Origin: Pseudogymnoascus verrucosus
Taxonomy: Eukaryota
Strand: one strand, 5' to 3'
Assembly: GCA_001662655.1 (NCBI GenBank)
Contig: KV460227.1
DNA length: 64,000 nt
Both the position numbers and the translations under genes were made by a program. Below the pieces are notes generated by a model. That model was given only the letters and a program-made list of their open reading frames with translations, was not told the origin of the DNA and did no database searches. Below are positions 50,824-60,507 of this stretch, piece by piece; within the stretch, counting starts at the first letter, position 1; every line of letters begins with the position of its first letter.

Positions 50824-51090
50824 TATATGTGGAAGGAACGATTACCAAGCAAAGGCTCAGTCGCAGCTTCCTCATATCTTGCAAATGCTGCATATGGAAG
50901 GAACGATTACCAAGCAGAACATCGATCGTAACTTCCTAATGAATTTCACCTTCTATATAAGGAAGGAACGATTACTAGCAAGCTTCATCGCAGCTTCCTC
51001 AAGACTTCTAGAAGTTATATACGGAAGGAACGATTATCAAGCAAGCTTCATCGCAGCTTCCCCAAGACTTCCTAGTCCTATATATGGAAA
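50824..51090 (+). repeat. Tandem array of four (plus one partial) 62-65-bp units, each a potential hairpin
   Basis: Invariant GGAAGGAACGATTA at 50831, 50896, 50961 and 51023, each followed by TCG-nAn-CTTCC. Partial fifth unit at ~51079-51090. Confidence 0.9.
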
Positions 51091-52057
51091 TAATAGGCTA
51101 TGTTATTGCTGGTGGCTAGTAATATGCTATTGCTAGCAGCTACCAGTTGTAATCACCTAGTCTTTGTCACAATATACCAGGTGGAAACATGGTAGAGACG
51201 TTATTCTGCCGGCTTTACAATTCTACACCGCCCATAGCTGTTTCCACCGCCTTTAACGACACCAAATCAAATCGCGACTCTCGATAATGCCGATAAGCCC
51301 TGCCAGCCACAAGACAGGCGGCTGTTGGCGTACATGTCTGCCTGAGACCATTTAGTATAGTTGTAAACTAAAGATATCTGGAATCAAGAATACTACTTCA
51401 ATAACCAATGATTCGGCTACAAGATAACACAAATAGAAATATATTGTTGTGAAGAACAGCTGTTATTATCCTACATCAAGGTGGTGGTGACTTTCAGATC
51501 GCAGATCGCGCCAAACCTGGCCCCGCTCGGTGTCAACCTCAATCGACCGAAGCTACACCATCCAACAGCATCACAACCACATCCAACATCCAAACTGCCA
51601 TTGAAACCATCACCAACGCTTCCTCCACCCACAACGCACCCGTCCGCATACCCCGTCGCACCACGTCCCCGGCAAGCACCCTTTCCAGTCCCGCTGTGCT
51701 ACACAGGTCGCGCAGATCGGTTCCCGACTTTCAACCGCAGTCTCCCCGCCACCAACCAGACGTCGAGACGACGACCTGACTTATTACCCAGACCCTAACG
51801 CCCGAGAAGACGGAACCGAGAGGCGTTATTGCGCGGATAGATAGCTGGCAACGGACCGGACGTTTATTTCCAGCGAAGTGCAGTATTACAAGTGGCTGGC
51901 TTCGCGCAGATTCCCGACTTTCGCATCTGCTACCGCTGAGACACCTTGGACAAACTTTCGGGATCTCACTGGTGTCAATAGGTAACCTTGGCGCGAGGCC
52001 GAGTTTCCGAGAGACTGCTATCAATTCGTTGTCCTCGACTCAAACACATAAGGGAAT

Positions 52058-53133
52058 ATGGAGGCCTCGGCGCAACCAGTAGCGGATGCGGGCGCGGCGC
52101 CGGAGATTCGGAAGCAGAAGAAGAAGAAAGTGCTGTTGATGGGGAAGAGTGGGTCGGGGAAGAGTTCTATGAGGAGTATCATCTTCAGTAACTACGTTGC
52201 AAGGGATACGAGGCGGTTGGGGGCGACGATTGATGTCGATTTGAGCCATGTCAAGTTTCTGGGGAACTTGACTTTGAATCTGTGGGATTGCGGAGGGTAA
52301 TTCAAGTCCTTTGCGTTTGATGAGTGGAAATATTAACATGAAATAGACAAGATGCGTTCATGGAGAACTACCTATCTCAACAGCGTTCGCATGTCTTTTC
52401 AAACGTCGGCGTTCTTATATATGTCTTTGACATCGAATCTCGCGACTTCGATCGAGACCTCCTAACCTACCGTTCCATCATCTCCGCCCTGTCACAATTC
52501 TCACCTACCTCCTCCGTCTACATTCTCATTCACAAAATGGACCTTGTCGCGCCCGCCCAGCGCGAGGCATCATATAACGACCGGATCGCGGCCATCAGGA
52601 CGAAGTCCGATGTCTTTGATCCTGTCCCATTCGCGACCTCAATCTGGGATCAATCGCTGTATAAAGCATGGGCTGAGATTATACACGATTTGGTGCCCAA
52701 CCTCTCCTCAATCGAGCGGCATCTCGCAACCCTCGGCACACTGATCGAGGCCGAAGAAGTGCTTCTCTTCGAGCGCTCGTCCTTCCTCGTAGTTTCCCAC
52801 TGGTGCTCCTCAATCGGATCATCGAACCCAACTACCGACCGCTTCGAGCGGCTCTCTAACATCATTAAGAACTTCAAGCAATCGACGTCCCGATATACGG
52901 GGACACCGAAGTCGGCGGAGCAGTTTGTGCTGTTGGAATTGAAGCTGAGTCGCTTCTGTATGTTTGTGGTCAAGTTCTCTACAAATACATATCTGGCTGT
53001 TGTGCTGCCTCCAGGAGAGGAGCGATTTAATGCAGCGCTGGAGAATGCTATGCAGGCTAGGAAGGAGTTTGAGAGTCTAGATAGTCCCGCGAGGAGAGGT
53101 CCGGATCGTGGAGTTAGTGGACCGAGCGAATGA
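52058..53133 (+). CDS. GTR1: Rag GTPase RagA/B
   Basis: [40 protein letters not shown] and TSIWD. Intron 52297-52346. Confidence 0.95.
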
Positions 53134-53449
53134 ATACCTTTTCCATTTTGAATGATCTGGATGGATTTGAGTGGTGGAAAGCAGATAATATATGATTGAT
53201 ACCCGAGAGATTGAAAGCCTAACAAAAGTAAAGACCATTGAACAATTTAAGTGAACTTTCTACCATCTAAATGTGTCTATGTAAATGTTATACAAGTAGA
53301 GGGGTTCATAAACGCGAACTGCCAAGGGGTCTCGTGACATTTTATGCACGGACAGAGTTATGCACTAGCTCCCAGGAACCTGGGACCTCAAAATATTTCT
53401 GGGCGACGGTACAGCGCACTTGTCCGCGCACCTACGACGACAACCAGCC

Positions 53450-54991
53450 ATGATACCGAGCAGAGGGATACAATGGTCCAGCCGGACCATTGGCATAGGT
53501 CGCCGGCGACTGGAAGAAATCTCCATTAGATCCGTAAGCCCCTCCCCCACCCCCAGCCAACTCACCGAGCTCACCCGAACGACACAGTTTTCCTCATCGA
53601 CCACCCGCAATGCGCGGCTCTCCGCCGCGCCATTCGGCACATTGTCGTCCAAGACAGCAGCTGCGAGACCGCGATTCGTGCAATCGAGCTCGATCCTGAC
53701 GCAGCTCCCATCGCGGCGCTTCAACTCCTCCAAGGCGGCCGCGACTACCGCAGCAACCACACCCGGAGCTCCCACCACCGAGGCTGTGGCCGGAACGACT
53801 AGTGCGTATACCAGCACCTCCCTCGACGACGCAATCGATATCATCACCAGCGCCAAAGACGCCCCGGAACACATTGGTTACCTCAAGTCGCTCGGGCTGG
53901 ACTACGGTTACGGACCCACCACCTGTGTTGAGTGGTTGCTCGAGCACACACATGTCTACTGCGGCACGCCGTGGTGGGCGTCCGTCGCCTTAACCGCCGT
54001 CTTCATCCGTATCGCCTTCTTGAAGTTATACATCGATGCCGCCGACAACGGAGCGCGCATGGCGCGCACCGCACCGCAGACGAAGCCGCTGCATGAGAAG
54101 ATGCTCAACCACCAGCGCAACAACGACCAAGCGGCGATGATGGCTGTGCGACAGGAGATCTCGGTTATCCATAAGCGTGCGGGAGTTAAGATGTGGAAGT
54201 CGATGCTGCCGATGGTGCAGATGTTCACCGGTTACGGGACGTTTGTGCTGCTGCGCGCGATGGCCAAGTTGCCGGTTCCTGGCATGGAGACGGGAGGCAT
54301 CCTGTGGTTCCAGAATTTGGCGATACCGGATCCATTATTCATTCTTCCTCTTGCCGCGGCGGGTGTGTTGCATGTGGTGCTTAGGGTGCGTTCTTCCTTC
54401 TCCATGATACCTGATGCCGATGAATATGTACTGACAGCCCCATAGCAAGGAGGTGAGGCAGGAACATCAACCATGTCCGCCAACACCATGAAGCTCCTCG
54501 CCTACGGCTTCCCCGTCCTCTCGTTCGCCTTCACCTTCTGGCTCCCAGCCGCCGTGCAACTCTCCTTCTTCGTCACGGGTCTCTGGTCCGCGGCGCAAGT
54601 CACCCTATTCAGGCGGCCCGCAGTCCGTTCTTTCCTCGGAATGCAGCAGATGCCCCCTCCAATCAAGGAAGTGGATCTCAAGAACGCGAGCCCCTACCGC
54701 GCCGACATCATAACGGCGCAGCTGATGAAGCAGCGCCAGGAGGCGCCGACGACGAGAGGCATCTTCGCCGCGCTCAACGATACCGTTGAGGGCGCGAAGA
54801 AGTCGGCTAGGGAGGGCGTGAAGACCGCCAGGGAGATGGCGGGGCAGCAGGAGGCGCCGGGGAAGAGGACGAAGGCCCAGTTGGCGAAGGCGAAGGAGTA
54901 TGAGAAGAAGAGGAGGGCGGAGGAGGCTGCCAAGGAGAGGCAGTATAGGGAGTGGAGGAAGGCCCAGAAGGAGGCGGAGAGAGGGGAGTAA
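53450..54991 (+). CDS. OXA1: Mitochondrial inner-membrane insertase Oxa1 (YidC family)
   Basis: HIGYLKSLGLD.G.GP, LEH.HV..GTPWW, LR.MA.LPVPG...GG..WF.NL..PDP and a basic C-terminal tail. Introns 53534-53587 and 54386-54445. Confidence 0.93.
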
Positions 54992-57235
54992 AGGGTGCCA
55001 TCACCGCGATAGGTTGGTGAGTGTGGTGGGGTAGATTGTATTATAGGAGTGATGTGTATGTTGCATTGCATGGGGGGTGCTGTACTTGTATTTAACTTCC
55101 ATTTCTGTTCGATATGGTGGTGTGTACTTCTGGGATAGTGGTGGTCAAAATGTGTATGGCATAGTCCTTGCTACAATAGAAATTTCATATCAAAATCCTA
55201 TTTATAGATGCTACCGTCGACCGATGCTCCTTTCTGCAAGGAGAAGACTGGATAAATCCGAGTTCTAGAGGAATTAATCGAGTACTCATTTTGGAGGGCC
55301 GCATCGTCATCAACACTGACGCCAATCGAACGTTGCTGGTATGTCTCTCGCGACCCCCGAGCCTCACTGAGGTGACAGAAAAGAGCCAGTGGTGAGAAGT
55401 AACGACAGGGAGATATTAACAGTGAGAATATAGTGACAGCAACAACCATCTTCGGCGGTGGCGGCGAATGAACAGAGAAACAAGGTTATAGGCTGAGAGT
55501 CTATGTTTGATGTGTGTGAGGAGGGGCTTCGAAGTGACAGAAGAATGCATGGGTGGAATAGACGACGAGTTAGAAGGTCGTGAGGGTTCAAGATGACTGT
55601 TGTAACAGCTCAGATTTTATACGTGTTTAGATTCCGGGAAGAAACTTACATATTCGTCGGAAGCCATGTATATCTCACTAGTTTATGTTATGATATTTAC
55701 GAGCTCCTCTATAGTGGCAGTCTTTGAGATGTCATGTAATATCACCTTTTCCTACCAAATCCACACGCCCATCCCTTGGCCCTCTCACTCCAGGAGGCAT
55801 AAATACACCCTATTTCCCATATTCCGTATCCTTCAACCTAATTCACACAACAGCTGGTCGAAGTGGAAATGTGCAGGCTATTTTGTTCTATTGATGCAAC
55901 ATCGTACGTCGTGGTGTGTCTCGATATCGGGATCTAGGGAGGGAGTTTGATACCGGTGGGGAGATAGCGACGACGAGAAGACTGCGGTGAGAAGGCTGGG
56001 CGAAGCTGAGAAAAGGGGCCGACAGTTAGAGAACCTTGGCAGCAGCAACACCACATATCCAAGCTTTGCCTGTTTCCCGAGGAGCGTCGTGATACCTTTA
56101 GCCTCTAGCAGCGCGGGTCAGCTGGAGTGAGTGATGGGAAATGGCGATATTGTCAATTGGCTCAAATCAGTAAAGCGCTGCTAATGGTAGGAATAGTAGT
56201 GTTACTATACAGATGTAGCTTTATGGGATGGTATGGCGGTGGTTTGGGGTATTCTGAGCTGATGAGTATATCTTCATCTATTTGCATATTAACGACTTAC
56301 AAGACCCATCGAAGCAGTCGATACCACAATGGGCACCCGCCATTGAACCCCCTTTGTGTTTACTAAGATCTGACGTATATTGTAAAAATCGCCAGCATCA
56401 CCGAATTTGAGAAGGAGGATCGTGAGCAGGATGGAAACAAGGATGCAGCGCTCGACGACCAGGAGGATACTAAGGAGGATATACAACCTGCTAGGCCCGA
56501 ATCCCCAAGCCCGCCACCAAAAGAGGAAGAGAAAGGGGGGGGGATCAATGTTTATAGAATGTACACCATACAAGATGTTCAGGGAATACTGAAAGATTCC
56601 AGATATGGCAGAATGCGTGGACTGGGACGGAATCACGAGGGGAAGGACGGAACACGATGTACTGCGACTTAGGTGGCTATGGATAATTAGGGACCTAGGT
56701 GCGAGAGAAAAAGAGGGGGGGGGGGTGAGCGAGGGTGAGCGAGGGTGAGTGTGAATATGGTATAAAAGGCACCCTGATGCCATGTCCAGATTTCGCAGTC
56801 TACTGTCTACAACATAGCATCGTTCTGTATAAAAACCTAGCTAAACATTGTGCTTTACAGCAATATGGCTGAAAGAATTACTAACCGTAACGCCCGTAGG
56901 CGTTACACGCGCTCTCGTCTGTAGCGATATAGAGGTCGTCAGCCATTGTCGTCGCCGTTGCCGTCTGGGTGTGCCACAATAACTCTGGAGGTGCCTGCGA
57001 AGCACTTATCGGAGCCACTTATTTGCAGCGGCCAGCCGAATGTCAAGGTCTAGTGACGGGCCGTTTTCGCGGTGATACATAAGGCTAACGCATTACGGCA
57101 ACATCTCAAAGGTCACTAACAAGCGCATCTTCACTCTGACAGGTCCTCACTCACCAGCGACTTCAAAGTCCTCGAGGTTACATTGCAAGCAGACTACAAC
57201 TCATTTAGTTACTCGCAGGCATTATTAGCAATTCA

Positions 57236-59251
57236 ATGGCTCTCTGCGCCCTCTGCCAGAAGCTCTCGCCATGGACCATCCCTCACATCAAAGAACCTTT
57301 CTCCCGCGACGAGCTTAAAGAATTCGTGACACATCACTTAACATTCACAGCCCTACGACAATCTAGTCTCACTTGTCCATTATGCTCTCTAATCCACACA
57401 ACAATAGTAGACAGGGGGAAGTACCGTATTAATCCGGGAACCTTGCAAGAAGATTTGCCTATCCAACTTGGTAGTTACAGACATATATTGATCAGCCCAG
57501 GAGGACCATCACAACTGTACTCAATCGCGGTCCGATGCGGCGAGTGTTATGGATCTCTTGTTGCACTGGCAAAAGACGGAAGTGAAGCTGCCGTATCTAG
57601 AGAGGTTGCAGGACGTTTCCCCTTGAACCCGGACAGCGATGAAGGCTTTGCGATGGTATCCACTTGGTTCAAGGAATGTATAGAAAAGCACCCGCATACT
57701 TGCAGATTACCTGGTAATCTTACGGGAACTGAAGTCGCTGAATTCCCAACTCGGGTCTTGGATGTAGGCACAACTGGTGATTTGCAAATTCGACTCATTG
57801 ACTCGAGAGGCATGAGAGGTCAATATGCAGCACTAAGTCATCGATGGTCTACAAACCCGATAGAACATTTCAAAACAACGAAACCGCTTCTAGACCAGCG
57901 AAAGGCGGGTATCAACATTAATGCCATGCCACTCAATTTCCAAGACGCTGTGAAGGTCACACGGAAACTCGGTATCCAGTATCTGTGGATAGATTCACTG
58001 TGTATAATACAGGACGATACGGGCGACTGGGAGTGCGAGTCTGCAGTAATGGGCCAAGTTTACAATAACAGCAGTGTCACTATTAGGGCGGCTCCCGAAA
58101 GGTCGAGGTCTCCCTCTAAGCAATATAGTGGAGGCTTCCTTTCTAGACCCGCTAGCACTACAGATTCGCCGACAGTCGAGATACCGTATCGAAAACGAAA
58201 CGGAGAGCTTGCTGGATCGTGGTTTATGCAGCCAGATAAGTATTTCCATATCGGGAACTGGGAGTTGCATACGAGAGGATGGGTGCTGCAAGAGGAGCAG
58301 CTAGCTCGAAGATCCATCAGTTATTACGGGGATAAAGTGTCCTGGGTAAGTGTCCCATATGTAACACAATGCTCGTCCAGGGTAGTGTCTCAAACACGGG
58401 CTGAGTCCCCCCAAGAACCTATGCACCTAAATTATACTGGTATGAGACTAATAGATCTAAAGATGTGTAAATTATCTACAAGTATGACGAGCGAACCACA
58501 GCGTGGTGAAGTCTACAGTCCCGAATATGTCAAAAACGCTGAGAGTATGGAAAACGAAGACTTCAACGGATACTGGCTCGACATAGCATTCATGTATTCC
58601 ATGCGCCGTCTTACTTTCGAATCCGACAGGTTCCCAGCATTGTCGGGTCTAGCAACCTTCTTCTCTAAGCGGCAGGGTAAACAGTACTACGCCGGCATCT
58701 TCAGCGGCGGAATTGCCCATGGTCTCCTATGGTGCGCCGTCACGCCCGGCATTTTATCGCGCCGAAAGATCACCGGTTACGTGGGCCCGTCGTGGAGTTG
58801 GATGTCGGTGAATGGACGGATCACGTTTAAAGGGAGAGGCGGCGATGATGAATCCGTAAGCGCTTTGGGAGATGTCACGTTTAAGCTCACACCTCTCGGA
58901 ATGGACCCTAACGGTACTCTTAAAGATGGGCAGATGCAGCTGACTGGTAATATCAAAAGCGTAACAATGCGCCGGATAACGGCCAAGGGGGATATGACGA
59001 TGCGCCTTGAAGCTGATTCGAAGGTGGTGGCAAATTTCCAACTTGACTTTGCAGATCAACCCCCTTTGGAGAATGAGATCCAGGAGGTGGAGTGTTTGCT
59101 TGTAATGAATGGTAGCGACTGCCCATATAATGTTTTGGTTTTACGCCGAGTTAAGCAAACACTGCACTTTGAGCGGATAGGTATAGCCAGTGTCGACCCA
59201 GCATGGTTTGTTGCGGGGAATAGCAGGCACGAATATATAACTGTTGTATAA
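57236..59251 (+). CDS. HET-domain (heterokaryon incompatibility, PF06985-type) protein
   Basis: CPLC, W..EC..KH..C, PTRVLDV, YAALSHRW, YLWIDSLCIIQDD..DW..ES..M..VY.NS, RGWVLQE, SDRFPALSGLA, PSWSW.S and FERIG. Probable in-frame intron 58346-58462. Confidence 0.92.
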   Translation: MALCALCQKLSPWTIPHIKEPFSRDELKEFVTHHLTFTALRQSSLTCPLCSLIHTTIVDRGKYRINPGTLQEDLPIQLGSYRHILISPGGPSQLYSIAVRCGECYGSLVALAKDGSEAAVSREVAGRFPLNPDSDEGFAMVSTWFKECIEKHPHTCRLPGNLTGTEVAEFPTRVLDVGTTGDLQIRLIDSRGMRGQYAALSHRWSTNPIEHFKTTKPLLDQRKAGININAMPLNFQDAVKVTRKLGIQYLWIDSLCIIQDDTGDWECESAVMGQVYNNSSVTIRAAPERSRSPSKQYSGGFLSRPASTTDSPTVEIPYRKRNGELAGSWFMQPDKYFHIGNWELHTRGWVLQEEQLARRSISYYGDKVSWVSVPYVTQCSSRVVSQTRAESPQEPMHLNYTGMRLIDLKMCKLSTSMTSEPQRGEVYSPEYVKNAESMENEDFNGYWLDIAFMYSMRRLTFESDRFPALSGLATFFSKRQGKQYYAGIFSGGIAHGLLWCAVTPGILSRRKITGYVGPSWSWMSVNGRITFKGRGGDDESVSALGDVTFKLTPLGMDPNGTLKDGQMQLTGNIKSVTMRRITAKGDMTMRLEADSKVVANFQLDFADQPPLENEIQEVECLLVMNGSDCPYNVLVLRRVKQTLHFERIGIASVDPAWFVAGNSRHEYITVV

Positions 59252-59851
59252 TCACCTCAAAAGGTTATAAGGGACTGGTTTCACAGGGAGAGGTGTATTG
59301 TTCGAACTTATTTATAGCCTTTACATAACGTTTGTTGATAACCTTATGGTAAATTTATGGTAACTTTAGTCAGGACTCGGTGGGTGTTTAGAATTTCACA
59401 ATTCCTTCAACTAGTAGTTGGAAGGCTAAGGGAAGAAACGCGTGTACGCCGCTATAGCAAGTGTGGTAGGGCTAATCACAGTACGTGCACTTGTCAGATT
59501 GTGATAGACATGTCTAAGGAAGAGGACTCTGAATAGTTTCAATTGGTTTCTAGTTTTGTGGTAGATACTAAAAAGTTGCGAAGATTCCAATTGTCTTCCC
59601 CTCATCACATAGTCTGCTTTCTCCTATGCCTCTTCCAACTATCTGCCAAGGTTGCTATTTGTAGGAGGGATGCATTAGGCAAATCCAATAGCAATGCTAA
59701 GGCGTCGGATATATGGGGGGTCACTATAGGATCCAGGGAAAAGTTTTGGGGTTATAATTCTAGTCCATTACTATCTAATGCGGGCCATGAGCACCCTGTA
59801 GAACACATGGAAGCTCTTGAATAGTCTTGCGGACAGCGGCGTCTGTTACGC

Positions 59852-60507
59852 TTATGAGAACAATGGAGTAAATGTAAAAACCTCAAAAGGAGGGTAGAAT
59901 GGAGGAATAGAAGGCCCAGCTATAAGCGGTTTGAGTGCAAGCTATTAAATACGTCAGATATTTGAAAGAAAATAAAGGCTGATTTATCTTACCTGCCTGT
60001 CCGGGTTAAGAGCGTCAGGGGCTACCCACCCCCTGGCCTTGTGAGCAGTCTCTACGCTAATATTTGTTAATACAGTAATGCACAAAGTTCGGGGAGCTGG
60101 GCTGTACATGTAGTTATTAGCGCCGTACCCCACCACCGGTGTAATGAACCACTCTAGGTTAATCCTAGGATCGTTGGTAGGAAAGGCGAAAAGGCGGTCG
60201 TCGAATCCTCCAATGGGGTTGTTTCGAATAGTCAAGCGATACCTGCCCTCAGTCGCAGGTTGAACATCCCACTAAACGATATTAGAAACAAAAAGCTGGG
60301 ACATAGATAGCTACTTGCCAAATCAATGTTCCCATTATCAAGGAGAAGGATAGGCTTTGGGTTTATGGAGGTGTCCTCGTTTGGGCTGCGGCCGACGTAC
60401 CCTCGTTCATCAGAAGCTAGGGATCGAATGGTATAGGGTCCAGGGGCAATCTGAGCCTTGACTGCGGCGAGAGCTGCAAATAGTGGGATGATGCTGCTGA
60501 TCTTCAT
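59852..60507 (-). CDS. Secreted beta-trefoil serine protease inhibitor, MEROPS I66 (cospin/cnispin-like)
   Basis: Four exons assemble to signal peptide MKISSIIPLFAALAAVKA, then GPYTI..YVGRSPNEDTSINPKPI, WDVQP..GRYRL, LFA..EWFITP, GWVAP, and a last exon LALKPLIAGPSIPPFYPPFEVF (intron 59992-59942; stop TAA 59854-59852). Family assignment is by recalled motif pattern. Confidence 0.78.

Noticed and set aside
50824..51090. CRISPR array (repeat plus spacer period of ~63 bp)
   Set aside because: The 'spacers' are homologous to one another, the host is a fungus, and there are no cas genes.
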